Positions 1 through 12,850 of a DNA stretch of 64,000 nt are shown one piece after another. The translations under genes and the position numbers were made by a program. Location of the stretch: contig JAUCBJ010005260.1 in NCBI GenBank assembly GCA_032718475.1, positions 1-64,000 of the forward strand, given 5' to 3'. Positions within the stretch are counted from its first letter, which is position 1, and each line of letters opens with the position of its first letter. Origin of the DNA: Nemertoderma westbladi (Eukaryota; Animalia; Xenacoelomorpha). The notes under the pieces were generated by a model. The model ran no database searches, was not told the origin of the DNA, and saw only the letters and a list, made by a program, of their open reading frames with translations.

Positions 1-2065
1 GGTCCGTTACAGGTCGCATTATTTCGGCGAGTCTGTTGGTGCTGATCGCTTCCGCAGGTTGCAACGTGGGTTTCTGTTGGGGTGTTTCTCGTGGAGGATT
101 ATCAATATAGGGGTTCGTCGATCGTTCCTCCCGTTTGTAATCCGCTGCCGCTGCCGCTCCAGTACGGAATATTTCCCGTTCCGTCGACTCCGAGTCACTG
201 GATGAATCGCTGTCGTCCGGATAAGGTGGTTGGCGGGTTCGCGTCCGGCGTATTATTCTTGGTCGAGTTCGTCGTGGTCTGGGATCTACGGCTCCTCGTT
301 GTTCGGTAGGCTCGCAAGCCTTCCACGAAGTCGTAGGTCTCGTTAAACATTGGGTGAGAGGTCTAGTAAAAACATCTGAGTTAAGGTCTACTGTAGGTTT
401 ATAAATGACTGGGTTCGCGCAGCACGTCACAGGTTTAACTTGCAATGGTTTACTCACCTGTTTTACTGTCATAAACGCAGGTTCGTCTCTCTCCACAAGT
501 AAACTACGACTTACTGTAGGTGGACTAGTTATGTTACCTGCTAAAATTGGCGATGAAGTCGCCCTAGGTTGCGGTATTTCCGTCACAACAAACCTGCTAC
601 CTTGCGTCGGGCGCACAGGCGTTATTTCCTTAGGTTTCGTAACAAAGACCGGTTTTATCGGAGTCGTGGGTTTGAGCATAGGAATAACTTGGGGAAAACG
701 TTTACAGTAATCCTCGACGAACTCCTCTCCTCGATCTATCGCTCCCACGCTTCCTTCCTCGATCCGCTTCTGTATTCCGCGATATCGAGCTTCCATACGA
801 TCCAGGGCAGACAAGTCGTGTCCAGTTCGCGATCTCATAGATCTATCTCTCGCGTCGAGTTCGAGGTCCGCTTGCGCGTTCGCTGTCTCGCGCGATCTAC
901 GATTCAATTCGAACTGTAGTTGCATCTCCCTTTCGCGTCGATCTGCGTCCTGTTGTTGTGCCGCTAATTCCGCTTCCTGTATAGCTAATCGAGCGTTTAT
1001 TTGCCGCGCCTCCAACTTGGCACGAACGTCGGATGCTGCTTTCTGCCGTGCTAAGTCCTCCTCCAGTCTGCGCATTTCTGATGCTTCGAATTCAGCTTGC
1101 GCCTTGAGTTGTGCAATTCTTGCCTCGTCTTCTCTACGTTGTTTCTCTCCTTCGATGGCGATCTGTGCCATCTGGTGTCGCGCTTCTTCCTCGGCGACTT
1201 GTTGTCGGCGTGCAACCTCCTGTTGTTGTCGAGTAATTCCAGACGCTGTTCTACTAACGTCGCCAACGTTGCCAACGTCGCTCCGTACGCTAACGAACGA
1301 TCTATCCAGTGGTGGATGTTGGTAGGCTCGCGAGCCTTCCGTAGTGAGAACTTCCGTCGTCCCTCGCGGTTCGACTTCCGGTTCGTCGATCGGTACGCCG
1401 CATCTACGAAGAAAATTGGTCAGCGTTTCCAACCTTCCGTCCAGGCAGTAGAGTTCTTCTTCCTCTTCGGGTTGTAACAACGCGTCCGAAACTGACTCAC
1501 CTAGCAGTTGGTCGAACTGCTCCTGTTGAGCCAAGCTTATTACCGACTTAAACTGAATAAGGCTTTCTCTCGCACTTACCAATTTATCTACTATCTTTAC
1601 CTGAGTAAAGTTGTCGCCACGCAACTCTGCAAGTTCGTGCAAACCTTTAAGTTTATCTACGGAGGCATGTACCCTACTTTCTATCCTTACCTGTAAGGTG
1701 TAGAACTCGTATCTCGACATCGGGGCGGTTAACTCGCGTAAAACGCGAAAACCTTCTCCGAGGTTCCGAGTAATCTGGGCCATGTGTCCTCCTATACTTC
1801 TAATAACGTTCTCCTGGCTTCCAGTCGAACTTACCATGTCCGGTTCCCGCGATCTAGTCTGCGGGACGGTAAGGAAATCTTCGATTCTGCCGTCGCCACG
1901 CGTTGCGGTTTCCGGTATTTCCGTTCGGGGTACCGGCGACGCAAGCGGTGTGACATCGGTGGAATCTCGGGTTCTCCTTCTCGGTTCGTCTACTGTCGAT
2001 CTGTCCGGGTCGCACGAGTCATAGTCGGTAGGTGGGTATCTCGTCGAATGGGGTGTGTCACTCAT
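1..2065 (-). CDS. gag: Gag(-pol) N-terminal part of element C, 3'-partial
   Basis: ATG at 2065; MSDTPHSTRYPPTDYDSCD...DGRIEDFLTVPQ...LTAPMSRYEFYTLQVR...QLLGESVSDALLQPEEEEELY aligns with the start of ORF 21145. Translated by hand for the first ~700 nt only; absent from the ORF track, probably because there is no in-window stop. Confidence 0.8.
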   Translation of the reverse strand, partial: MSDTPHSTRYPPTDYDSCDPDRSTVDEPRRRTRDSTDVTPLASPVPRTEIPETATRGDGRIEDFLTVPQTRSREPDMVSSTGSQENVIRSIGGHMAQITRNLGEGFRVLRELTAPMSRYEFYTLQVRIESRVHASVDKLKGLHELAELRGDNFTQVKIVDKLVSARESLIQFKSVISLAQQEQFDQLLGESVSDALLQPEEEEELYCLDGRLETLTNFLRRCGVPIDEPEVEPRGTTEVLTTEGSRAYQHPPLDRSFVSVRSDVGNVGDVSRTASGITRQQQEVARRQQVAEEEARHQMAQIAIEGEKQRREDEARIAQLKAQAEFEASEMRRLEEDLARQKAASDVRAKLEARQINARLAIQEAELAAQQQDADRREREMQLQFELNRRSRETANAQADLELDARDRSMRSRTGHDLSALDRMEARYRGIQKRIEEGSVGAIDRGEEFVEDYCKRFPQVIPMLKPTTPIKPVFVTKPKEITPVRPTQGSRFVVTEIPQPRATSSPILAGNITSPPTVSRSLLVERDEPAFMTVKQVSKPLQVKPVTCCANPVIYKPTVDLNSDVFTRPLTQCLTRPTTSWKACEPTEQRGAVDPRPRRTRPRIIRRTRTRQPPYPDDSDSSSDSESTEREIFRTGAAAAADYKREERSTNPYIDNPPRETPQQKPTLQPAEAISTNRLAEIMRPVTD

Positions 2066-3008
2066 GTCTTATTATATACGTCAAGTACGGGTAATAAAAT
2101 GTCAAAGTGTCTGAATGTTGAAGTGTCAAACTTACCTAACCGGTACAAATAAATCAACAAGTCAGAATGTCGAAATGTCAAAATGTCGAAATGTACAAAT
2201 GTCAAACTTACCTTGATATATATATATATCATATATATACCCTAACCGGTACAAATAAACTAACAAGGTATATAATAAAATAAGTAGTAATCTAGCCTAC
2301 CGGCTAAATTTGTACGAATAAGTGAGATAACGGTATACGTTAACAAAATATAGATCAACAAGTATAAACAATAGGCCAAACAGCAACGTCTAAAGGGAAA
2401 ATATGTACCAACAACACTACTAATAGACAGTGAAACCCACAAATTTTGAGTACTACTGTGCTTTCTTAAGTTTGAACGACGCGAGTCGTAAAACTTACGT
2501 TCCTTTGATCTTCCAGTCGTACAAATTCCCAAATACAAACCGGACGTGGGTCTTTCCGTTTTTCGGCGGCGCGGACGAATTTATTGTCTCCCAAACTTTG
2601 CGAAAAGCGGTCTAATCCTCGAAGCGGTCCAGAAATGAGTCCTTGAGTCCTGAAAAGGTCGAAGGTGAGAGTTTTACTTCTACGCTTACGAAAAATCTTC
2701 CTAGGTACCGATACAAATTGGTCTTTAAACCCTATGTACCTTTTCAAGTACCGAAAAGTAACACCGCACACACACGGCGTAAAACAAAGTGCTACAAACT
2801 AACTGTTAGCTAGTCAAAGATTAAATACGAAAGTACTAGCTACCCTAAAAGCCTACTGAAGCAGGGGACGTTCTAAATTACTAAATTTACTAACCTTAAT
2901 TTTTAAATATCTCCTACTTTCAATAGCTAACAATTCTAAACTAAAGGAAATAATACTATACACTATGATAGAAGCACTATATACTAATTTATATAAAATA
3001 CTTCCTAC

Positions 3009-5214
3009 TGTAAGGGTCCAGTAGTATACCGCTTACCAGATCCTAGTAACGATGTATCTTACTATGAGACTCTAGTAATGTATACGGGCTTGTACAGTAT
3101 CTGACAACAAATCCCAGTCCAGGATATCTAAACAAACAGATACAGTACACAAACGACTACTGGCGAGGAACAGAGCCTTGTATCTATTCTATGTACGTGA
3201 GCGGGTCGAATGCCTACGTACTAGACAGAAGGATACCTGTCCTCTAACCGGTGAGGCAGATGTACAGTTACAGTAACAGACCAAACTCACGGGAAAACAA
3301 TCCCCGCGCAGCGAATCCTAACTATCACTGACAGTCCTAAATACAGTAACTTGCCGCGGTGTGATTTATATGGTTTATATACGAACTAGTGGGTTAACAG
3401 ACCTAGCGTAACAACACTGACAGTCCTAAATCAGTCGAAAAAAATACAATAACAATACCGTAACAATACCGTTGTCCAGACAAACAACAGTTTAATAACG
3501 AAAGTGAAATACTCCTTATCTTGCCGCAACTAAATCAGATCCTAATTTTACAAATACAGACAATTTCCACCTAAAGTAATGTATAGTACGCTATAGCTAG
3601 TAGAACTTTAAGGGCAATATGTTTTAGGGCGTGTGTGTGTGGGTGTGTTACAAATAAAACAATTTCGTGTAATTCCTTTTACTAGGTTTTAGTGATTTTC
3701 TGACTAAAATGATACCGTGCGCTAGCTACTAAAATAAACTAGTCGCGTTTGTAGAACTTTATACTCACGAATGACGTCAAAGCTCTCTCCTTCCTATCCA
3801 CAACCCAATGGGCAACCACAGTGTTAGTAACTACACCCGTGATCGGCACTAATACCAGATTCTGGTTGTAAGATAAGAATAGGGGTTAATCGCTACCGTA
3901 CGTTAGCTGATCTGGTATACTAATTTAATTCTAGAACTTTGTTGCTGCGGTAGTTAGCAGCAATACCTATCAGTACGTGGCAAGGCGCGGTAGGATATTA
4001 ATAAACCTCCCTAGGCCAAGCAGTGTGCCGGTAGCAGAAATGCTCCTTGCCTGATCAAATAGCTAACTCCAGACAAGGGGGGGGGGGGTACTAATGTACG
4101 TTCTACAAAGCGAACCGGTACCAAACAGTCAGTGCTATGAATCACTAAATTATGGAACGTATGCTGTCCGTACCTAATATGTACTCGCGTACTGACGAAT
4201 GGCAATAGTTCTCACCTGTAGGAAGTACAGGTTAACCCAGGGGTTCGTAGGACTGACAAAGGGGGGGGGGGTTGTCTGGGTATAATTATTTGATCCTAAA
4301 TTTGCGGCGTCCAGTACGATGTCACGCTTACCCTGATCTATAGGTCTTACGGCGGGCAAGGGCGTCGAACAAAGTCTTACCTTCTCACAAAGCGGGCGCT
4401 GCATAGCAAGTGGAGTATTTCGAAGGGGCAAAGGGGGTGCGCGGTCAATCCAATGTGGGCGCTAGCGTGTTGTGGACATCCCTTCCCTGCGTTGCTTACG
4501 GCCTAACGATCTAGGCTGCCATCTCCCTGGTGTTCGGCTGTCCCGAAGTCGGACCAAAAGAAAACATGTCAGGAAATTGCAGTATATTTACAGTTTTACA
4601 AAGAATTATCAAACGAAGTTTCAACAAGAAACCGAATAAACTAATTTTAAAATAATATCAGGGTGGTTTACAAGGGAAGGGAAGTGATAACCGAAGGCAA
4701 ACCGGCCTTTTTATACTAGAAATTGCACATGGAAACTAAACAGAATTTTCCACAGCTTCACCATTGAGCAATGAAGTGCTTCGTGCTCTATGATTGGCCC
4801 AGCTCATCGTTCAACGCAGTCCGGCCCTTACACTAAATCTGGGACATGGAATCCTAACAGAATTTTCCACTGCCTCACATTTGAGCAATAAGATAATTTA
4901 TGCCCTATGATTGGCCTGGCTCATTATTCGCTACGCTGTACGCTTCTCATTGGCCTACCAATTAGCACCACACGAAAATAAATGGCCCCAAAATACAAAT
5001 TTCCCGACTGGGATTCGAACTCGTAACCTACGTAATGTAACCAACGCCTTAACCATCTGACCACTACGCCACGAGAGTACCTAAGGGTTTTATGTGTACA
5101 AATATGAATAGGCATATTACATTACTGTAACTTAATCAAAATACGTCGGATTTTCAAAAGTTTTTACGTTAAAGTTAAACTACAAATGCTACCTTATAGT
5201 GAAATAATTCATCA
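3009..5214 (-). repeat. Predicted 5' LTR of element C (~2.2 kb, TG...CA)
   Basis: Second LTR is outside the window. The end is inferred from ...CCCTTACA followed by GTAGGAAGTA, which is complementary to an LTR-internal 10-mer as in A and B, at a position homologous to the B LTR end. Confidence 0.55.
4990..5070 (-). ncRNA. tRNA-derived Pol III unit in LTR of C (not a functional tRNA)
   Basis: A-box TGGTCAGATGG, B-box GAGTTCGAATCC, downstream TTTT; homologous to the unit in B LTRs; no clean acceptor stem. Confidence 0.6.
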
Positions 5215-7790
5215 ATCTGCATGATTACTTTCTACAGTAGTTGTCGAAATACCAATGGGTGTAATTTTGGTTAGGGTCACCATAGCCACAGATGTTACAT
5301 TCGGCTTAGAGGGATTTATTAATATACGGGGAACAATATTTGAAGCCGTAAGAGGGGTGTTTATTGGTCTGAAAAAATCACTATCAGAGTCAGTTCTAAG
5401 ATCTTTAGTATTTTTAACGGAATTAGCATGATGTTGAGGCGACAGTTCTGGTAGACGATGACGTTCAGCCCGTTCCAAACGTCTTCCGCTTCTAGAGGTT
5501 CGAGATTTAACCGACGATTTATCGAACTCATCGGAGGATGTATAGCAACTAACTTCCTTGGTCTACCCTTGGGTACTTGGTCTACCCTACTTCCTTGGGC
5601 TACGCTTCTCTTCCAACTGGGAATCTGACAGTTGTTTTTCCAGCGATTTAATCTCCTCCACTATATTCTCTTGCTGCTTTTAATCTGCATTCTCTTTTGC
5701 TGAGCCTGAAACTGGATTTCACGTTCCTCTGCTTCCAGGTTCTGTTCAAGTTGATGTTCCTCCGCTTCCAGTTTATGTTTATGTTCCTCCGCTTCCGCTT
5801 CCTGTTTGCATTTTTGTTCCTCTGCTTCCCATTTGCGTTTTTGTTTCTCTGCTTCCAGTTTGTGTTTGCATTCCTCAGCTTCATGTTCGCATTGCAAGCG
5901 TCCGTCCTCTCCCTGGTCTTGTAATTGTTTCAATTTATTTTTATTTTTCTCTAGATCCATCAATAATCTCCACTGATGTTCCATCTCCCGTTGGATATCG
6001 ATATCCTTTAGGAGCCTTATAGTCTTGGGGCTGGATGGAGGGTGGCCATGAAGTCTTCTTATTAGTTCTTCTTCACCTACTTGTTTTATATAACCTCCGA
6101 GGTGTTTACAGATTGCGTTTTCTTGTACCTTTTGAGTCTCGGGTTCAGTCTGTGTGTACCCTTCGACATCTCGGGTATCAATTTGGGATGGATGGATGGA
6201 ATCCAGAACCTCAGGGTGAGGGGGTTCGCCTTGGAAGGAATGGCAGGCGCGTGCCTATTGAGCTAATTTTATTATGTTGTTGTTAGCTGCAGTTTCTATT
6301 ACTGCGGCTCCATTCCTGATGGCAGACTGATGGAAAGGCTGATAGAATTATCCTGATGCGGATTATTCTCTCATTTATGTCGTAAAAGAGAGACGGAAGA
6401 TGATCGGTATTTGGATCCCGTAAGGTAGTTTCAAAATTGGCTATTTGCTTAGCAAAGCCAGTTTGAAATCCCCTTAGGGTCTTCCCCACCTTACTAAGGT
6501 CGGTGGGATCGGCCGGTGCCTTTAATGCTCTCAATTCATCAGGGGTGGCAGAATGCAAGGGGAAAAACTTATCCAAAGATGGATAGTTGTAGTATCGCAA
6601 TACTGATTGTTGCATTTCTGGGACTGACATGGACAGTATTTGGACCTTAGTCCCTTTCTCAGAGGCCCAGTATTGGTCAATGACCTTTAGCAGGCTGATT
6701 AATAAACCTGGGGAAGGGGCCATGAGTGGGTCCATTCCCGGTGGCAGGCTTAAACCTGTGGCTGTATCGACTTCCGTCCGGTTTAAGTCGGAGGTCGCAG
6801 CCACTTGCGGTCGCTCAGATTGTAATTCGAGGCCAGTAGTGGGTTGGTTTGTTCTGGTGACTGTGGGTGGTTGATTTAATTTTGACGGCATAATGGGGTT
6901 TCCTGCTTGATTCGAACTGGAATATTCTGGCTCGGGTAATTCTCTAGTCGGAGATTTGTCTGGGTCGGAATGAGCTGGTATCGCAGTCACGTCAATCGCT
7001 GTCAATCACGTCAATCAGGTGCAATCGCTGTGGGAATTGTCTGAGGCGCTCTTGTTGATATTTGAACGATAAGACATTTTGTTAGATTTAATTTTGGAGA
7101 AATTTATTTTATATTAACCCTTTAAATAATTAGGCCTCCTTATGTTATGTTTATTATTGTTGTTTATTATAACGATATTAAGATGTTACAAATAATTATT
7201 ACAATGCCCAAATAAATAGCACGGAATTAAATTAAATTGATTCGGTCTACAATTTAATTACCAGTAAGCGATTAGTATAAAGCCGGTAATTTATTTGTAA
7301 AAATATTCCATGATAAATATTCAAATTCACCACTTCACCACTTGGAGGATACTATTCCGCTCTTATCACTACAAGCAATACTAATTACCAATAGAGTAAT
7401 GAATTACCTCTTATTGGGTTCTGTGTAAGACAGCCCAACACCCAACAACAGGAGAAGGCTGTATCTGCAGGGTAGTTAACTAAGCTGTAGAATCTATGCA
7501 GTAAGCAACCTTCCTTGTAAGGCGCAAAATCAGTAGGATGGGCAGAGGGTATGTAAGCTGTACAATGTTTTCCTATGGAGGGTAATACAGCCTACCTGAT
7601 TGCAGCAGCCAACTGAGTGGGGGTAATAAGCCTAAGCTGTAGTCAATGGTTACACAGAGGTAGGACAAGTCATGTGACACAATATTGCTTGCAGAGACAA
7701 CAAATAATTCCTCTCAAGTAATATATTGGTTTTGTAATATTACGCTGTCAGAGGTCCAAGTTGTAAATAATGAGTCTGAGGGTGAATACT
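5215..7790 (-). mobile_element. Decayed BEL-related element D, copy 1 (gag-like remnant)
   Basis: Near-identical to 45709-48126. ORF 6283-7005 contains LFYDINERIIRIRIILSAF, similar to A gag LLYQVRERVLRIRLILSAF. Followed by coiled-coil E/K/Q repeat fragments with frameshifts. Confidence 0.7.
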
Positions 7791-8004
7791 ACTACTACTA
7801 GGTCGAGCGAACTCGGACAGTGGAAATGAGATCCTTCCAGGCTTCCCGATTCTCCATAGTTGTCGCAATTTCGTTTCTCCCAAGTTCAGTGTCCCTTTCA
7901 AGTTGATCTATATATGTTATGGCCGGTCGCCCACGACTACGCTCTCCATGAGTTGGTTGCCAGAGAAGTAGATCTGGTATGATCTCGTCTTTACTTCGCC
8001 AGCA
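7788..8004 (-). mobile_element. 3' fragment of RTE-like LINE with (TAG)n tail
   Basis: Minus strand reads WRSKDEIIPDLLLWQPTHGERSRGRPAITYIDQLERDT...MENREAWK*, the typical RTE-type C-terminus, followed by TAG repeats. Confidence 0.75.
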
Positions 8005-8649
8005 TAAATAAAGCTAAAAATATGCCGCATAAATCTCCGGCCCCGAGTCACGTAATAAATCGAATGAACAAATTAAAAATAATTTAACTTTATGTAGTTT
8101 AAGAATTCGCTATCTCTATAAGCTCCAGTCGCGACAGCTACCCAAGGGTAGGGGTGGGCGCTACTCCTTGCTGCCTGCTTTCCCCCTGCTGCTAGCCTTT
8201 ACTAGCTATGTTCTCCCTCCGAGGTGGTTTGACCTCTCACCTCTCTCTGTGGCTTTAGGGCTTGTGCCCCCCCCCCCCCCCTCTCAAAGTTGGTTATGAG
8301 GCGAGATTATTATTGGTAATCTCGTATCGCCAACTATATTGGTAAAATGCCACTGGTCCCATTTTCGAGTGGATAATGCAATGGAATTGAATCCACTTAC
8401 AAGTGGCACTTATTCAAATTTTGAAAAAGTACCATGCCCTAATTTTGGTGTTCCAATAATGATGTACCACTAAGACTTGAGGCTTCAATATTACTTTCAA
8501 TGGACTCAGCGGTCCAGATAACTTATAAAAATGTGTTGAAATGAAAACCTTGTGGTATTTTCTGATTATCATAATTTTGAAAATTTGAAGTAAGCCTACA
8601 TGCCACGCCCTAATTGTGGTGCACCAAAAATGTTGTACCAATAAGAATT

Positions 8650-9720
8650 GAGAAATGGCTCACCGCACTATGTCGTTCAACATAGAGTGACGTGCCATCC
8701 TCCCAGCGCTTCTCTGACATGACAGACCATGGAGGCCGTCTGATCGTACGTTAGTGGTTCTGCACCAGGAGCACCTGTATGGTTCTGTTACCTTGCAACT
8801 GAGGCATGGGTAGTAGCTAAAACTCGGAACTGGGTGTCAGTGAGTTTCAGTCCCAATGAACTGATAGGAATGGCTTCGAGCCAGCAACTAGAGACTGGAT
8901 CATCAACCACATTGAGGCGGGCAATCCCAGGTGCGTTGTGGTGGTGGCCCGAAGAGCCACATGGTTTGCATCATGCAGTGGCTTCATCCATGCATGCTGT
9001 CTCACTGCGTCTGGGTCTGTTAGAGTTTGGGTTATGGTTGGGAGGGTGTCCTTCCACTCCTCATGGGCGTGGGGAAATAGAGGGTTGAGGACCCGATGGT
9101 TCATGGAGGCAGCCCGAGAGAGCAGTGCACGCAGCAGCTGAGGTCGAATAGGCAGAAGGTGCTAGCTGCAATGCGGAGCTCAACCCGAGTCCACCCATCC
9201 GTGCTGGGAGGCTCACCTGAGTCCAAGCCGAGTTCATGATCACTGAGTTGGCAATCTCCTGGAGGGCGTCACGTTGATTTTGGTCATATTCCTCCAGGAG
9301 TTCCGGGTGTTGGAAACACGGAGTGGCACAGAGAAAGTAGGTGAGCTGGGGGATGGCAAAGGAATTGCGGAGGAGAATGAACACATGGTGGGAGTCAAGG
9401 AGGGGCAACTGGTTGGCAAGAATGGCGAAGTCCCCTGCCTTCTCCCAAAGGCAGGATACGGTGGCAGTGCCCCCAATGGGAGCACCAAGCATCGTTAGGT
9501 TCTCTAGTGGGAGAACCTGAATTCCCGCACAGACCTCGTCAAATGTGGCATGGATATGCTCACGGGACTCGTTGGACTTGGCTCCTAGGAATATTTGTTC
9601 GCTTTTCGCTGGGTTTATTGTGAGTCCGCACTTTCTTCCCTCCTTGGTCATGGTTTGAAAATCCTCCAGACAAACTAAGTAGTCACCAGCGAAGTTCATG
9701 TCTTCTGGCGTCTTCCGGGG
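8650..9720 (-). pseudogene. Degenerate CRE-like (RLE-type) non-LTR retrotransposon, RT C-terminus
   Basis: GLTINPAKSE, LGAPIG, LLRNSFAIP and AWTQVSLPARMGGLGL motifs, broken by frameshifts. Confidence 0.7.
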
Positions 9721-10211
9721 TGTCTAGTGGACTATCCTGTAACCATTGATGTGGGGCGTGAGGGATCAAGTTTTCCACCTGCCCCCGCGTTTCAGTGTTG
9801 GAATACAGCGGTGGCAGAGCAGAAGGAGTTTGAACCACAACTCGACGCAGGTGGGATTGTCTGTGATGATGAGTCTTGGAGAGGACTTCAGAGAGGATGT
9901 CCGCGAGGTTTAACCGCGCTGCCCCAGCTGCTTCACGCGGGAGTTTTGGAGCAGCTTCAGCACGTCCTCCACTGAGTAGGTCGTCGGGCCAGAAGGTGGT
10001 CGATGTTGGGTGGGAGTGGAGTTGGTGTTGTTGACATTATAACAAATTATAATTATTGATAATATAAAACTGTTAGATATTAGTATACAATACTGTAATC
10101 TTTTTATTTATCTATTAAGTTCTAGATAGTTATATTAGTTATAAAGTGTATAATATAGCAGATACATAATTGTCTGACAAATAAATCATATGTAAGCATC
10201 ATATCTAGTTG

Positions 10212-10789
10212 ATGTATTCAACAATGGGATATTGTCATACCAGGAGGTCCATCTGTGCTCTTTTCATTGCGGTAAACATTAACGCTAGTTACAGTATAAC
10301 ATGTTATAATGAAGTTAGAGTAAATTTTACTTCTACTAATAAGGATTTAAAACAAGAGATGCTTGGCAAATTGGAAAATCTGCGAAACAGCAATCAAGGA
10401 GTATCTGACTTCATTGGGTTCACTACATCTTGGCATGAGAAAGGAATTCGTCATCATTGCGAAGAATGCGGTGAAGCTTTATATCGAAGTATCGGTTTTC
10501 ATGAAGGTAGTGGTGATGAGATCATGATTGATCTATCTGGTGAGAGATGTATTAATAACGGAAGTAGTAACTTGGAAGAACAGTTTTGCTTGGCTCTTGA
10601 TGAAAAGAGTTGCCGACTCCTTGAGGAAAAATTTCGGCAAGACATCACCCTCTCTGGGGATAGTGTCATAGATCACGATCAGGTTCGTACTTTTCGTCAG
10701 TTAAATTCTCTAAGGGAACATATGCTATTCGGGTTATCGATCACTTACGAATCTTGTCAGACGATGTGCTGTGCTGGTGTCTGTCCCCG
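10212..10789 (+). pseudogene. Host gene, 5' part: secreted Cys-rich protein interrupted by element A
   Basis: Signal-peptide-like SICALFIAVNINASYS, then ITCY...CEECG...CCAGVCP; ORF runs into LTR A at 10790. Confidence 0.75.
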
Positions 10790-11981
10790 TGTAAAAGCTT
10801 TTGTGGGATAACTGATTCGTTTGCCTTGTTGGCCAGTTCCCCCCCAGTCGCTAAGAATACTCTCAAAGTGATCTACAGCTAAAAATAGTGCAAGTTACCA
10901 GCTTATTGGCTGATTTGCTGTACGCAGGCATCTGGGCTCTGTTTAATCGGCCAACAAGCCTAGGGAGGTTGCGTCATAGCCTTGTTTTGTATCTCCCAAT
11001 AGAATTTGAGTTATCCTTGATGTTGACCTATCACAGAGTACTGAACTGAAAATTTCCTATCTCACTGCTCTTTCTCTGTGTTGAACGGGAGCTTCGTGGA
11101 ATAAGGGAGTTGGTATCCTCGTATAGAGCAGTAGTCACGAGTTTTTCAAAGCCACGAAAGAACGGCTTTTTAGTGTTTTGTGCTTTCTGCTTTTTAGCTC
11201 AACACTAGTAGGTTTAATCATAAGGACATATATCCTTTAACTGACCAAATGCACCTGATTACTGACTGATTGTCTTAACTCAAAACAAACTGGCACGATT
11301 GATCTGTCAATACTGTGTACTGCTATTTGTTGTCGGTTATTCATTATATTTGTTGATGAATTATTATATTGGAATAACGAGAAATAACCCCGACACCCAA
11401 TATTCTTGATATACCGAAGGTAAGAGAGAAAGGTTACCAATAACGATTGTGACTTATGTTAAAGTGGTTTGAAGTGAATCTAATGTTATTTGATAGACCC
11501 TACATGAGTCAGTCTGTGTTCCTTTTATATGTGACTAAAATCAGTAAAGATTGGCAGATTAGTGTGCAGTATTGTGCAGCATTGTGTGCGAGTGAGTCTG
11601 TTAAAGAAGCATTCCTAAAGAATGCGCCATATATGTGAATTATAATTAAGCCATATCGTTGTGAGTAGTTTAAGTCATAACTCTGTTTATGTAGATAAAG
11701 TGCCACGTCCTAAAGGAACTGTTAATATTCCCGAAGGTAAATAATATTGTCAGAGATTATATAATACTGTCAGTCGAATAATACATTAGGCTTACATAGC
11801 AATAAAATTAAACCGTCGAACCCAATCTCCCTGGAATATCCAGCGGGTGAATGGTCGCGCACGGATTGGTTTCGACTAGTGTAGTGAATCAAATACTTGT
11901 CATAGGCTAAAAAGCGATTTAATATCTAGAAGACATCTTAATTTGGCGGGTTAAACTGCCAAAGGTCTGAAAGCGCGAACA
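10790..11981 (+). repeat. 5' LTR of element A
   Basis: Matches 41828-43019; only two substitutions noticed by eye (about 11250 and 11832). Confidence 0.95.
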
Positions 11982-11993
11982 TTAAAGGATATA
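11982..11993 (+). promoter_or_regulatory. Non-tRNA primer-binding site of A (TTAAAGGATATA)
   Basis: Exact reverse complement of LTR-internal 11229-11240 (TATATCCTTTAA); starts at the first base after the LTR. Confidence 0.7.
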
Positions 11994-12299
11994 GCTTCTT
12001 TGTTGCAGTAAGCAATAAAGTTGAAAGTACCGGTCAACCGGTAAACCTGAACGGTACACCTGTAGGTCAGTAGGCCTAACTGTTCTAACCGGTACTGCCG
12101 TATAAGTACACTAGTATTATTCGATTTGATTGTTGTATACCGGTAGGCTGTTTAGGGGATTAGGGATTGATCACCCCTTATACCTTTATATGGTTTACTT
12201 ATTTCTGTCAAGTTTTATTTATTTGTAGGCCAGTATTGAACAGAAGGCGTGTAAGCCTGATCAGATTGTACAGACGATTTGTAGGCTGAGCTGTTGTCT

Positions 12300-12850
12300 G
12301 ATTGCTGTTAAGTCCGAACGAATTGCAGTGTGTGTAGATCACCTGTCCGATTAAGTACGATTAGGCAGTAGGGGCAGCGAACGCTGTAAGGTAAACCCCC
12401 AACTAAAGAATAAGTCGCACTACTGGGTTAGAGCGCATACTCCCTAATCATTTCGGAGTCTGCATGTCCTGTAGTTTATTTAGGCTTGAGAGTAGTCTGC
12501 CATCGTTTGGTCTGTACTTTGTTTGTGTAAGTCTGTACGGGTAGCGTATAATTTTATTTAAATAATTTGTAGGCTGGATAGTTGTCTGGCTGTTATTAGG
12601 TCTGAACGGATTGCCGCGTGTGTAGATCATCTGTCCGATTAAGTACGGTTAGGCAGTAGGGGCAGCGAACGCTGTAAGGTAAACCCCCAACTAAAGAATA
12701 AGTCGCACTACTGGGTTAGAGCGCATACTCCCTAATCATTTCGGAGTCTGCATATACCGTAGTTTGTTTAGGCTTGATAGTAGTCTGTCAGTGTTCGGTC
12801 TGTATTTTGTTTGAGTGGTTTGTACGCGTAGCGTAATATTTATTATTCAG
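12300..12850 (+). repeat. Tandem ~288-bp duplication in the 5' leader of A
   Basis: Core tgtgtagatc...ggagtctgca is nearly identical at 12331 and 12619. Confidence 0.9.

Larger units (their letters stand above)
1..5214 (-). mobile_element. BEL/Pao LTR retrotransposon C (5' LTR, leader, start of gag; continues off the left edge)
   Basis: Minus-strand gag is homologous to B gag. Leader blocks shared with B (aaccatataaatcacaccgcggca, ggattcgctgcgcggg, tctgcctcaccggtta). Terminus TGATGAATTAT resembles B's TATAGAATTAT. Junction with element D at about 5211-5214. Confidence 0.85.

Noticed and set aside
82-2152. Plus-strand ORFs over element C, and antisense ORFs over gag-pol A and B
   Set aside because: Shadow frames of the real opposite-strand gag-pol genes.
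4214-4230. Primer produced as an excised-intron 3' end (TTCCTACAG looks like an acceptor in C)
   Set aside because: Equivalent positions in B (CCTACGG) and A (TTTAACT) lack AG.
11237-11706. Short ORFs repeated at 42275-42744 (also 19358/33977)
   Set aside because: Identical only because they lie in LTR pairs; no coding features.
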